NCBI GenBank assembly: GCA_030295235.1
Contig: AP026150.1
Location: 496,001-560,000 of the forward strand
Origin: Fistulifera solaris
Lineage: Eukaryota
Reading direction: 5' to 3'
Length of the DNA stretch: 64,000 nt
In this document: positions 34,732 to 47,778 of the stretch, piece after piece
Numbering within the stretch: the first letter of the stretch is position 1
How the letters are laid out: the number at the start of each line of letters is the position of its first letter
Notes under the pieces: model-generated
The model's input: only the letters and a program-made list of their open reading frames with translations
What the model was told of the DNA's origin: nothing
Databases searched by the model: none
Program-made: the position numbers and the translations under genes

Positions 34732-36131
34732 ATGATGACTTCGTACGAATCTTCGCAAATGTTATTACGAGAACAAGCGCAATTACGAGCGCAACAAATG
34801 CAATCTGCCTCACTCGTGTCATCTGCGGATGATGACAGTTTTGACGACAATGTTTACACAAGCTTTCCTCCGTATCCGACTCCTTCTTCACGCCGTTACG
34901 CGAGTACGCCCGTTTCCGAGCGAACTTCGTCAATTGTGACGCCACAGCAACAAGTTGCGGCGGCTCGACAAGAATGGCAACGGCACGGATGGACAAAGAG
35001 TCAAGCATTGGAGGATTTGCGATCGAAATCGAGTGTATGGGTGCGTGTCACAGATGCCGTAGAACGTTGGGATCCATCCGGATCGGCGTATACGGCATAT
35101 TTAATTCAAGTACGTCAACGGCAGCAGCCACACCAGCAACACGTGATTGAACATCGCTATTCGGATTTTTATAAATTGCACTTGCTATTCATGCAAAACA
35201 ATGTCAAAGTGGCCTTTTCGTTTCCGGCAAAACAATGGTGGAAATCAGATCAAGATAAAATTGCGGAACGTCTTATCGAATTGGATGCCTGGATCGTTCA
35301 TGTCGTCGCCGAATATTGGAACGCCATGAATGCCACTGCGTATCACGCGGTACAGGATTTTTGTTTGCTCCTCCCTCCCGTCCTTGTGATACTGTGCGGG
35401 ATGTACAGTCGGCTTCCTTTCATCCGTTTAGTCGCACGTTGGGTTCGTCGCTGCGGCAGGCCATTCACACACTCGAGTTATTGACTTCGGCCACGGATCA
35501 AAGCATTCCTCTCGACTTGCTGCAATCGGCTCAAGGAATTTTGTTTTTGACGATCCTTAAAGCCGGTTTGGTCGTGTCGGGGCAATATGGTACAGGGTTG
35601 GTGATATCACGACTGGAAAACGGCTATCAGTGGAGCGCACCGTGTGCTGTAGGTCTCGCCGGTCTGGGCTGGGGTGCCCAGTTAGGCAGTGATGTTACCC
35701 ACTGCTTGGTACTGTTTTCTACCGCACAAGCGGTTCATGATTTAGTCTCTTCGCAAACGGTTCAATTGGGAGCGGCTGCGGGAGTCGCCGTAGGCACGGC
35801 GGGCCGAACGGCGCAATCGTCGGTGCCTTTGCAACTCAAATTGCACCGCGCTCACGCGTATGCTCATGCGCATGGGTTATTTGTGGGTGTTAGCTTGGAA
35901 GGCTCTTGGATTACTGTTCGTGATGCAGTTAATGCCAAGTTCTACGGTCAACCTTGTCATGGAGGAGACTTGTTGCACCAAGCTGGACCCCCGGCAGCCG
36001 AACCATTGTATCGTGCCTTGGATCGAGCATCGCAAATACAGATTGCACCCGACGCATTCCGTCCCAGTGAGATGCTGAATAGTAGAAATCGGGCAACGCC
36101 AGCCTCGTCATGGAAGAATGCTCCTGCCTGA
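34732..36131 (+). CDS. PX domain + Ysc84/SYLF domain protein; frameshift ~35360
   Basis: PX: YTAYLIQV..EHRYSDFYKLH..FPAK..ER..ELDAW. SYLF: IPLDLLQSAQGILF..KAGLVVSG..GTGLVI.R..WSAP..G.GWGAQLG..GLFVGVSLEG..R..VNAKFYG. Confidence 0.85.
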
Positions 36132-36805
36132 ACCAACATGATGGGTATCATCAATTACTGTCGTTGCCGCTTACTATTGCTAAGGAGCTGATTAGCGTTT
36201 AGCAACGACAGTATCTCTAGCAGATTCCCAGCTTGGAAACTTGAAACATGAAACACATTGTCAATAACTGTCTATTGCGGAGTCATTATTATTATTTATT
36301 AGGTACTCGCTACTCTATTTCGATTCACGGTTTCGGGTGTTGGAATGTTTTGGCCTCCTTCGAGCGTGACGCAAGTGTGACGGCTGACACACATGCAGTA
36401 AGTATGCACGGAACGTCTTGAGTACCAAACACCTAGGACAAAAGCGTCAATCTGTCCCACACTCTTTGCTCTGCAAACTATAGAAAGGTGGAGAGTGGGG
36501 ACAAGTGTCCTAAGCGAAATAATAATGTCCTGTGCAGCATTGGCATGAGGCAAACCTCATAATCAGTCACTTTTACACTTTATCAGTATAGTCAATAGTC
36601 ACACCAGTTTCGAAACTGACTCTACTTTGTATACCACGCACTCGAAAACGGGAAAAACAGAGAGGCTTTTCTCTTACCTTTTCGTTGAACGTGTTGCTTT
36701 TGTGACACATCAAATAATACGGAGTAATCAGATTGATTGCTCCTGCCATTCCGTGCGTTCTTCCTCATCGATTCCACGTGAACTGCAAGTGCAGCAACAA
36801 CTAGC

Positions 36806-39156
36806 ATGGAGACATTGACATCTAGGGAAAAGTTGCTCGCAATGGTGCGTACGGAAGACGAGGAAGAGTACCGGGACATGTCCGAGAATGATATGATGGA
36901 TTGTGCAAACTTGATGCAGCAATGGGGATTCGACGATGTCCGCTGTCACAATTGCGGTGTACTGAATAGTCAATGCAATGGTTTGTTGATGCAGTGCGCT
37001 AAATGCAAGAAGTGTTATTATTGCTCTGCCGAGTGTTTCAATCAGCACCTTCCGGTGCACCGATTGACGTGCGATGTGGGAAACATTGCCCATCGCAATC
37101 CAGTTTTAACGACCTTTAGTTCCGATTCAAATGGAAACAATGTAGTACAGTCACCGTATTTACATCGAAAGAAGAGGCGCGAGAGTCGCGAAAAGACAGC
37201 GACCAAATCGACGAAAATATCATCGAAACGCAAGGTCAAAAGGAGTATCATTACAAACACGCGTATCCAGGCACAGAAGCGGATAGTGACGAGTTGGTAG
37301 AGGAAAAGCTATTAGTTCTATATGCAAGTACGACTATGAGTAAAAAGCAACACAAGAATATGAAGAAGGCGTTTGAAATGTTGGACGAAAACGATGTCTT
37401 GTACGAGGCGCTCGACGCTTTAGAACCTGCGAATAAAGAGCGATGCGAACGACTTTATGCCATGGCGAACCAGCCTACCGAGTTCCCTCAGTTTTTCCGC
37501 ACAAAACCAGAGGGAGATATGGATTATATTGGTGGCTGGGAGGATTTTGTGGGCACTGCTGAAACAGAATTCGAAGACGTTTCGGAATCGGATCACAGCA
37601 AGACGCCGTTCGTTTTTGCAGATCATAAATTGCGCCGTAAAGCATCCATATGGGCTCCACGAAGCCATCCAACCATCATCATCGACTCGGATGATGAAAT
37701 GGATGCCAAACGAGCAACGCATACGAGCGATGATAAGCGACCCAGTTGTCCGGTTCGACAGCACTCTAATGATTCGGAATCATCGTTTCTTATTTTATAT
37801 TCGAGCGAGCCCGAAGATCGGAGTGAGCTCGTGGATCAGCAAATGCTGACGGGGTTGCTCAACGGTAATGATATACGCTACGATCTTTTGGATGGTTTGA
37901 ATCCATCCACGGAGGAAACACGTGACGCCTTATTTGACTTGTCGGGTGCTGCAGACAGGTACCCTCAGATTTTCAAAGGCGAGTCAGATGGTCGGATCCA
38001 TTTTTGGGGCGGTTTCTCGGACATTCAAAGCGTAGCCCGAAAAGGTGGACTCATGCCTCCGGGACGGATGAAACCGCGCCGACGCAGAAAAAGCACCGAC
38101 AAAACTGTGACACTGCCACTCAAGACCCTGTTTGAAGAGAACGAAGAAGATCTGCTGGAGTTTGATGACACCGAGCTGCTGGCGATGCAGCGACCGACGG
38201 ATCACGACAATTGTGCTGACTCGCGACCACGACGACCCATCCGAAGAAATAGTGACGCCAATGAAACTGCGGATACTTTAGTGGTTCTTTACACAAAGAA
38301 GACCAAGAACGTCGAAGAAATCGCTACTCAACAGATGATGACCGGTGTTTTGGAAGGAAATAATCTCAAGTATGAGGCAATCGATGGGTCCAATCCAGAC
38401 AATTCGGCGAAACGCGACGAGTTGTTCGAGATCTCAGGCAGGAAAGATGAGTATCCGCAATTTTACACCGTTGGCGTCGAAGGGACAAAGTTTTTGGGTG
38501 GTTGGAATAAATTTGATGAAGCTTCCCGCGAGGGAGACTTGGATCAGTTTGCGTGGGACGATGAAGACGACAATGTTGATGAAGGAACAGAAGAGGAACG
38601 ACTTAACAAGAGGCGAGATGAAACACAAACATCCAGGGCTGAAATGCCCCGCAAACCGACCCGTACATGGAGCGACTCGGAAGAACCTTCCATGATGTCA
38701 AGAGCCGGGACCTCTCCAGAATCTAGCAGCTTTTCTGGTCCTTTAAACGTTCCTCTACGAGGATCCGAGATCGTCAAGAAAGAGTACACATGGGAGAAAC
38801 CCGAATGGGCCAAGAAGTCTCCTTTGAAACGACGTTCGCATGCAGAACAGCTCCATCAGCCTTCTCCTCAAGGCGAAATATCCTCTGAATTTGACAGAGG
38901 CAGAGTCGAGCTTCATCATGCGGAGATTCGCAAAAACGCAATCGGATGGGAAGTTCCTGAATGGGCGAAGAGGCGCCCTTTGCGAAAGACCTCAAAAGGC
39001 CAATTGATACAATCACTGGGTGATTTTGAAGGGTATAAACACATTAAGAGTCCAGAACGACCACCGGAATGGGTGGTGAGGTCTCCTTTGAAAAGAAGAA
39101 GAGTCCCGGTAGTAGCCCCAGCTCATTTACAGAAGGTAGTGATGACGGTATTGTGA
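36806..39156 (+). CDS. MYND zinc finger + three SH3BGR/glutaredoxin-like domains + WEKPEW repeats; frameshift at ~37240
   Basis: CHNC..CAKCKKCYYCSAECFNQHLPVHRLTC (MYND). Three repeats of the type L.VLY..Q..M..L..N...Y..LDG..P...RD.LF..SG....YPQ.F..GG. One extra A at 37238-37241 joins ORFs 36806..37300 and 37294..39156. Confidence 0.72.
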
Positions 39157-39569
39157 ATGTTCCAAACTTGTCCGGACTTCCTTCAAAGCTCCCGTTGGAT
39201 TAGATTACCTATAATACCTTTGAACTTGATCTATTTTTGGCTTTCATCACAAATGTAAGCTATAGGAGTGATCGCGGCCCAAGATTTTTTCAGTCACGAA
39301 TTTCATTTTCTGTATTTCTGTCGGGGACACGTTTCTTACATAAGGAAATAAAGTCTGTAAGACGTTCATCGGCTTTTCCCGGTACTGGGGCGAGAAGAAT
39401 CTTTCGCTTCTCATTGAGGCGCAAGTTGCGACGACGGGAGCGACAGAATCATTTTACCAGCGTCTTTTCTGTTTCATTCAAACGAGCCTTTCTTTATTGT
39501 ATTAGTAACCAAAGATTTATTATAAACTGGAGTCGCATTTATTGCCCGCAAAGCTGGGTATCGGAAAGT

Positions 39570-41680
39570 ATGCAACACAACGAGAAGAGCAAGCTCCTCG
39601 GTGACTCGTCGGGGGATACCTATGTACGTTCTTCTGCATGTCCTCTTCCTTGTCTTTATGTCCCTCGTAGACACCTCACCTCAATTCAACTTATCGCTTT
39701 CTTGACTGTAGTACGCCCCGATCGATAAGAATGTTGACTCACTTCTTCATAAAGCAGGTCGCTCGGCGTCATTCGCAGCTCTCGGGGGCACACAATCGTT
39801 AGGAACGTTTCAATTCAAGGAACCTCCTCAAGTTCACGGTTTACCTAAAAGTTACAGTGTCTCAGCGGATGGGAGTCCATCTTATTTGACTCCCACACAA
39901 ATGGGTCGACAGGAACTCTACCAATTGATGCCCTTCACGGCTATATTTGGCCTGCAATCCAGAGAGCGAGCGATCAGTAAAGCCTTTGCCAGTTACGCGG
40001 CCGAACTCGACGCCGATCAAGAGGGATTATCGGGAGAAGAACGAACCAGTCGTATGAGTCGAGCCAGTATGGTCATTTTGGATGAACTCGAATTTGATGC
40101 GAACGTTGTCACCATTCCGTTGGTCTGTGCGATCATAGTTGCCACCACATCGCAATTCCTCGTTGGTTACAATACCGGAGTCATGAACCCACCCGTCAAT
40201 GTTGTCTTCCCAGGGCATTCGACTTTGTCTTGGAGTATGGCAGTAGCGGCTTTTGCGGTAGGTGGTCCCTTTGGTGCCATCGTTGGTGGACAAATGGCCG
40301 ATCAACGTGGTCGACGCGGGGCGCTATTGATTGGTACTTGGACCTTTCTGCTAGGTGGTTTATTGCAAACATTTGCTTTGGATATGTTTACTATCATTCT
40401 AGCTCGATTTGTGATTGGTTTTGCCAGTGGATTTAGTAGTGTATTGGTTCCGATTTATCTTGGAGAACTGGCCCCACCGACGATGCGTGGACAGTTGGGA
40501 ACAGGTAGGTCTGCATTGAGTTCTTTCTGCTTGTAGTGGGTATATTTGAAGTGCACATCATCACTGAACATAACCTTCCCAACACGCAGTCACCCAATTC
40601 GCCATGGTCATTGGGATTCTTGCTGCAGATTTGATTGCGTTTCCTTTCGCGAAGGAAGGTAAATGGCGCATGCTGTTCGGTTTCACTCCACTTATGGCGC
40701 TGTTGCAGTTGATTCTAGCACCCTTCCTGCTCGAGTCCCCGCGATGGTTACTTGGTCGCGATCCAAAGTCTTTAAAGGCACGCTATATTTTGAAACGTCT
40801 ACGTGGACTTCGATATGATCACGAAGTGGAGACCGAGTTGGGACATTTACTGGTCGGAGGGGCGGCTCAGCAACAGGAACAAACGAGTACGATTGGTGTT
40901 TTGAAAGACATGATGTCACAACCTCGTGTCCGCACATTGCTTTTGAGTAGCTTCGCTCTACAAGCGGCTCAGCAATTCTCCGGTATCAACGCGGTTTTTT
41001 ACTACAGCAACTCGTTTTTCGAAGGCGTCATCGACAATCCACTTGTGGGAACGTCGATCGTAGCTGGTGTCAATGTACTGGCAACATACGTCGCTTTATT
41101 GGTCATGGATCGATTTGGGCGTAAAACATTGATTCTCAGCAGTGCAACTGGTATGCTTCTTAGCTGTATTTGGATTGTTGCCAGTTTGTTGGGATACTTC
41201 AGCAATGTCATGGCGTTGGTGGCTGTCAATGCCTATGTCTCGTTCTTTGAAATCGGACTTGGTCCTATTCCGTGGCTTATTGTGGCGGAAATGTTTGAAG
41301 GAAAGTACGTTGCGACGGCAATGTCGACTTCTTCACAACTCAACTGGGCGTGCAATTTCATTGTTGGGTTTGTTTTTCCATACATGAACAAGTATCTCGG
41401 GCCCTTTTCCTTTGTCCCATTTGCCATTGTTCTCCTAGCAACTTTAATCTTTGCGATTACCATCTTACCCGAGACTGCCGGTTCATCGCCAGAACAAATG
41501 GCGAAAGAAATGACCCGAACATTTTCCGAATCTGTTGTCTATCAAGCCAATCCGGAGTCGGCCTCTCAGATCGATATTGAATGGCGGAAAGCGATGGAGC
41601 AACTTCAGCAAGAAGAGGCGATGGAGCGAAAACATGGTAACTTTGATTACGGCTTTACAGCGATCAAGAACGAAGAATAG
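39570..41680 (+). CDS. MFS sugar porter (GLUT/SLC2A-like); introns ~39623..39710 and ~40505..40588
   Basis: [74 protein letters not shown] introns visible. Confidence 0.92.
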
Positions 41681-42352
41681 GTTGTTGCTCATATTATGAC
41701 GACACACTTTAATTGAGTAGATCGTACAAGACTAAATGATAGTCTCACGTCGTCAAACCGTCTTAAATGGCAATTATGCGATTTGACAGATGGAAATTGA
41801 CGTTAATTGATTGCTATAGTATATTTTTGCATCCGCAATAAGTGAAAATCACTTGGTTGGCTAGCATCTAGCATCTGTAGCTGTAAAAACAGTCATTAGG
41901 AAGTCGTACTACATGAAATGTAAGCATGGTCGCCATTTTTACAGACTTGCGTTCCAGCACGATGATAATCTTTTGACGTAATTTCTTTGGACCACATCAT
42001 CAACCACAATAGAAATGGTTTGCCGATTCAACGGCTTGTTTGTCGAAAGTCAAAACGTAGCATGACCATTCATGACCGAAATTCAGTCACGAATAAAGTA
42101 TCTCTTACACTTTAAATTATAGTCATGCCACTTGCTTTCCCACTTAAGGTTACAGAGTAAGGAAGTTCCACCACAAAAAGAGCCGTATTTCATTTCTTGC
42201 GTTGAAACTTGAAACCGATCCTACTCTGAGAACGACAACAGCCTCTCATCATCCAGCCTATTATTACTAACACTTGAGAAAAAGGTAATTTACATATCTT
42301 GAAGACTTTGTGTAATAGAAGCAGTCATTCAGCGGCTCGAGTTTTTGTTAAA

Positions 42353-43810
42353 ATGAGCGGCAAAAAGCAAGACAATGGCTTCGGTCGCGATGACATGGCG
42401 GCCTTGTTGGGTGGCGGTTTACCGGAACGATTGATGCGCCCGCAAGTTCCTGTCATGAAAACCAACAAGGCAAGGAAAGATGTTGCGGACATGTCGACAC
42501 AAGAGACCGCGGCGTGGCTTTTGCAACAGCAGCAACAAAAGAAAGGAAAAGAAACGATGATTCAACGCCATCGTACTACGAAAGTACGAAAATATCACGA
42601 ATTACTTCTGGAAGAACAGCAGAATAGGTCTATGACAGCAGCACATCCATCCAAAGAAGATGATCACTCCGATAGTGGCGTGGATAGAAACAAGGAAACA
42701 GAAAAGGATGCATCAGTTGTACCGGTGATCACACGTCGCCGTCGACGTCCCAGCACCAGTAGTAGTAGTACTAGCAGTAGTAGTAGTAGTGGTGAGTCTT
42801 CCGCTCCTCCTCGTCGACCAAGACAAGATTCTTCCGACACTGACTCGGAAGAGGAGGTACGTCGTCAACGTGTCTTGCAACAAAGAAGGCAACACCAGCG
42901 GTCACCCGTCGACGACGCATCCAGCACGGAGGCAACACAATTTACACCATCACAGAGTCTTCCCGAGGCACCGAAAGTGATGCAATCCAAGCCGACGCGG
43001 TTCCCAGTGAAAAGCTCGAGTAGTAGTTCGAGTAGTAGCAGTACTTCCAGCGGAAGTTCATCGGACGACAGTTCCTCTGAGGAAGAAGCAGAAGAAGAAG
43101 TCCGCGCCAAGCCGATCTTCGTACCTCGTCACAAACGAGGAGTGATCCAATCGGCAGAGGAATTGGCAGAAGAAGAGAAAGCGAATGAAAATAAGCGCAA
43201 GCGGTTAGAGGAAAAGCGGATGAAAGAATCGCGAGCCATGGTGCAGAAAGTATTGCTCGATGCTTCGAAGCAAGTTGGTTCGAACGATGATGCCTTTGAA
43301 GGTATCACGGGGGCTCGTAACTCGGTACCGGATGATGATGACCTGGATGAAGACGAAGAATATGATAAATGGGAAGTTAGAGAGCTGGAAAGACTTGTCT
43401 ATGAATTGGATATGGAAAATGCACGCATGGAAGAAGCGCGAGAGCGTGAGCGGCGTCGTAATATGACAGATGAAGAAATCATGAGAGAAAGGATGGAGTC
43501 CGGCAGTCCACGAGACAAAGAAGAATCAAAGAGAACAGGGCAGCGCTACTTTCACCGTGGTGCATTCTACATGGACGAATCTGAATGGGATGAATCCGAC
43601 GTGCGCCACAAGGCCGAAGAATATGCGGCTGCAGCTACAGGAGCGGATAAAATCGACAAGATGGCTTTGCCCAAAATTATGCAAGTAAAAAATTTCGGCC
43701 GAGCTAATCAAAACTTGAAGTATCAGGGGCTAGCAGCTGAAGATACGACAGACAAGCAAATGAAAGTGCTTCCGATTCTTGGTCCAAAGCGCAAGAAAAA
43801 TCAAGTGTAG
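42353..43810 (+). CDS. MFAP1: MFAP1/Spp381 spliceosomal B-complex protein
   Basis: KPIFVP, EEYDKWEVRELERL, ERRRNMTDEE, QRYFHRGAFY, DKMALPKIMQVKNFGR, Y.GL..EDTT. Confidence 0.88.
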   Translation: MSGKKQDNGFGRDDMAALLGGGLPERLMRPQVPVMKTNKARKDVADMSTQETAAWLLQQQQQKKGKETMIQRHRTTKVRKYHELLLEEQQNRSMTAAHPSKEDDHSDSGVDRNKETEKDASVVPVITRRRRRPSTSSSSTSSSSSSGESSAPPRRPRQDSSDTDSEEEVRRQRVLQQRRQHQRSPVDDASSTEATQFTPSQSLPEAPKVMQSKPTRFPVKSSSSSSSSSSTSSGSSSDDSSSEEEAEEEVRAKPIFVPRHKRGVIQSAEELAEEEKANENKRKRLEEKRMKESRAMVQKVLLDASKQVGSNDDAFEGITGARNSVPDDDDLDEDEEYDKWEVRELERLVYELDMENARMEEARERERRRNMTDEEIMRERMESGSPRDKEESKRTGQRYFHRGAFYMDESEWDESDVRHKAEEYAAAATGADKIDKMALPKIMQVKNFGRANQNLKYQGLAAEDTTDKQMKVLPILGPKRKKNQV

Positions 43811-43955
43811 GAGGGCAAGTGATTTCGATTAGATACTGGACGCTCAGTTCCTTTTCCCTATCCCATTTCTATCATGTATGACGACACGACTACTCATTAC
43901 AAACACATGGCTTTAGAGTTGTCAGCGCTATGACTATTCTTCTACTGGTGCGTTC

Positions 43956-46900
43956 TCATTGAGCCCGATCGAAGACACCAACACTACCAGCGCGGGTGAT
44001 TCGCCCATCATAGTCTGATAACGGCGCTCCTGCAGCAACGCGCATACCGCTACTATCGAGCGAGACCGATGATCCGTACTCGCGTAGAGGTTGGCCACCT
44101 ATTTGGCTCCCAATCTGCCCCCAAGAACCAATAGCTTCGTCGAACTCAAACACTCGAATACTGCCACTACCTTCACCGAAGTCATCATTCAACGGGGCAC
44201 CAACTGCAACAACATTACCATCGTCTGACAACGCGATGCTTGCCCCGAACCCTTCTCCTTCGGTCTGTCCACGAATGTGGTCTCCTATTTGAGCCCAACT
44301 CCCACTTTCTTCTTTGAACAATGTGACATATCCAGGCGACTCATAAAAGGTGCCACGGGCACCTATTGCGAGCACTTTACCATCGCGCGAGAAGTCTAAA
44401 GATTCGCCATAGCGATTGAGTGTGCCCTCGCCCTCCAAAGTCTCACCGACCTGCTTCCAAGCCGTTCCTGTCCAGTCCACAACACGAACTTTCCCCGTGA
44501 AATCGCCAAAGACTGGAGATCCAATTGCGACTCTGATTCCATCGTTGTTGGCAATCGAGACAGACCAACCGGAGAACTCATCTTGGTCTCCTCCCATGAT
44601 AGGCTCACCAAGTCGGGCCCACACAGTTCCGATCCTTTGGAAGACGTAAACGGCCCCAGTTTGTTGTAGATTTTTAGAATGCGAACGTGGAGCACCAATG
44701 GCCAAAATGCTGCCGTCTTCGGATAGATCCACCGAATATCCGAACCAGGCGGAGTCTGTTTGATTGCTAGCCAGCTGAACATCGAAATCGATTGTGTTGG
44801 TCGCCTCGTTCTCCTTTTGAAGCATGACGACGCCATTCATGTAATCGGGGTAGCCGACGGCAATATAAACTGGTTCTGTCGACATGGCAAGCGATGCAAA
44901 CGTAGACGTTTGCCCCCAGGTCCCTTGATGTTCTCAGAAGTCACGCCCCACTCCGTTCCGTTGAGTCCTGCTTGTTCTGTGAAGAAATAGAGTGCCCCGA
45001 CGTTATTGATCAATCCATCGTCTCGGCCTGGAGCAACTACTGCCATTTTCTTGCCATCGCGAGTCATGTCTATTGCTTTTCCAAACTGAGTACCTGCCTC
45101 TTCGCCAGGAATAACCACAGTTGAACCGGCAGCCACCCATCCGTCGACGGTCGGAATAGGCTTCTCGCCAGTGACACTGGAAAGACGCTCGAGGACGCTG
45201 ATGGTAACGAGTGCAACCGCACAGATGGCGAGCATGCAGATGACGTATTGCATTGTTCGTAAGCGACGCAAAGTCTTCTTGTCAAGCTCGTCATCGTTTG
45301 CGATGACAGCGCCTTCGACTGTCATAGCCGCTTCGGCAAGCGTTGCTTCAAAAGGATTGACTTCTCCTATGTCGTCGTTGGGTGCCTGCTCTTCATGATC
45401 TTCTTGCGTGAAATGGTCATGTTCCATGTTGTAATCTGTCGTGACGCTTTGGATGTCGGCCGATGCATATCCATCGTCGTTTTCGTGATCCATTCCTGTG
45501 ATAGCGAAAGCACCAGGGAAAATGACTGGAAGTCCGACTTGGGCCTCAATTTCTTCGTTGGAGTGAGACGAGTGCACAGAAGCATCTTCGTGGCGCTGTA
45601 GATCGTACGCCGAGTCGGAAGGAATAGCCGTAGGCTCGGAGATGATTGCAGAGTAACTGGTGAATGCCTCAGCTGGTGAACCGTCGAACGAAGAAGCTTG
45701 CTCGGAAGCACATACGGACATTTGCTGGTCGAGTCCATCTCTCAAATAGGAGCGGAATTGCTTGTCTTGATAGAGGTTGCCTTCATGGCCTGAAGCACTT
45801 CGTGTGGAGCCTTCCTCTAGTCCAGTTCGACTCATTGCCGACCGACTAGTTACGGAACGTTCCAGCAGATTAGGTGGGATGGGAGAACGCCGACCGCCAT
45901 CCGGCGACCATTCAGAACCAGACGTCTCGCTGGCATCTGGATCTTGAGAAGTCCCTCTCGCCCACTCAAACAGTTGCCCCGCCACTGCTCTTTTTTCTCG
46001 CACCATACGGTCGTGATCCTCCGCCGCGCTTTGCTGTCTGGCGTCTCTTGTTGCAGGGACCGCGGTCGATGGCAGAAACGACTCTCGAACTCTCTGTTTG
46101 AGCATACTATCTTCTTCATTGGATCCCACCGAAGTCGCTTTGGAGGAATCCATACTTCGCTGCGAACACAATTGACTGTTCTGACTGGGCATCCACGCGA
46201 CACCAGGTCGACTGGCGACACCCGCAGCACGAATGGCTCTTCCCGGACGCTTTCCGTCGACCGTGTCCACCAAACTCGCATCTTCACGAGCCATTGAGCC
46301 GATCGCCGATGTCTCGAGTGGCAAAGCCTTTTGTGCAGATTTCCTGCGGTTGTCGTGTAAAACTGTGGATTGAGTACTCTGCACACTCGTCGACCACTGC
46401 GTGTTGGCACTGGAGTTTCGCGCCACGCCCGGTCGACTGGCGAGAGCCGCTCCCCGCCGCGCCTTTTCTTGACTCTTGGCTCGCATCTTATCCGAGTCGT
46501 CGGTAGTGCTAACGGTAGACAGGCGTTGTTGTCGCAGTCCTCGTGACATTTCGTTCTTGATGCGTGTTTTCTCGAGCATCATGATTTCGTGGGCCGATAG
46601 TTTGTCGTCCTCTTGATGATGATTCGTCGCGTTCTTGCTGGGTGCTGATGATTCTCCCAATGAAGTCTTGAGCGTAACGTGTTCCGGTAAAGAAAAGTTT
46701 GAATCGGTCGGGTTATGCTGCCTCATCTGTTGCAAACGATCGTGCAAGACGGCTTGATGATGACTTAACGAAGCTTCCGTAGAAGCCTGCATCACATTCA
46801 TTGTTGCTTCCTTGCATTCGATGATCTCTTTGTCGTTGTTAATAGGAGGTGATTTCCAGTTCCGAGCCATGGGTTCTCTTGGAATAGAAGGATTCCCGCG

Positions 46901-47047
46901 ACTCTGTTGCACTAGCCGCTTTTCCTTCATCATGAGTTCATGATCGGTCATGCGGGTCCTTGCGGCTTGTGAATGATTTGCTGTGGACGGGAAGCTTTCC
47001 ACCTTTTCATCCTTGGTTGTTTCTTCGTTTTTTTGTTCGTCGCTCAT
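43956..47047 (-). CDS. Single-pass membrane protein with disordered N-terminus and FG-GAP-like beta-propeller; frameshift ~44900
   Basis: PGAFAI motif, TM (YVICMLAICAVALVTISV), then repeats FG.SV.LS.DG..LAIGAP..G.V.VF..W.Q.G in ORF 43956..44885. Confidence 0.78.
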
Positions 47048-47421
47048 GTTATCTGTGGGAGTGTGTGAGGAGCGACACACTGTTAGTAAAGAAAACATGA
47101 AAAATGAAATTTTCTTTTTCCTCCCAGTCCAGGATCTCCTATCCTCTCGCTACGCACCTTTTTATTTTTTCTTCCGTCTCGTGATTTTAGCAAGTGAAGG
47201 CAAAAGCAATGTCTAACCACTGTCAAGACACGAAAGATATGAGAGAGGAATGACGACGTTGTTGTTCTTGTTGTGGAAGCATTCAATTACTTCGTTGTTG
47301 CAACGTTGTTTCGCGAGAACGAAAACGGTGTCGTGCTCCTACATTACTCCGTATTTGATAGCTGATGATTCGGGAACAGACGTACCGAGGACATACCAAT
47401 CCTACGAATTCCTCTGTAGTT

Positions 47422-47560
47422 GCGGTTCAGGTTAAAAATTATTTAAGGTACAGTCGTCTGATTACTTTTGAGCAGTTACGGTTCAGGTTAAAAATTTAGG
47501 GTATAGTCGTCTGGCTTTTTTTGGAGCGAATACGGTTCAGGTTACGAATTCAAGGTATAG
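47422..47560. repeat. ~55-57-bp tandem repeat, about 2.5 copies
   Basis: CGGTTCAGGTTA begins at 47423, 47479 and 47533, each followed by A..GGTA(C/T)AG; the first two continue GTCGTCTG..TTTTG. Confidence 0.85.
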
Positions 47561-47778
47561 AGGGAATCTTTCGTTCGAAATGTGCCCCGTTTGCGCTATA
47601 AGATGCGCGACCAAAGTGCCGATCTGTCAGTGTCCGAGCGGTGATGGCAAAATGCGACAGATCCGAAAACGCCGACGCCCCACACAACAATTTTCTGGAG
47701 ATGCGATGTTCCGAGAAACAAACCACAAACAGGCATTTCTTTACAACTTGACGCATTGATTGTTTTTTGTCGAATACC

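Noticed and set aside
47422..47560. Mini-CRISPR or telomeric repeat
   Set aside because: Intervening sequences are homologous to each other, and there is only an isolated TTTAGGG, not a tandem telomeric array.
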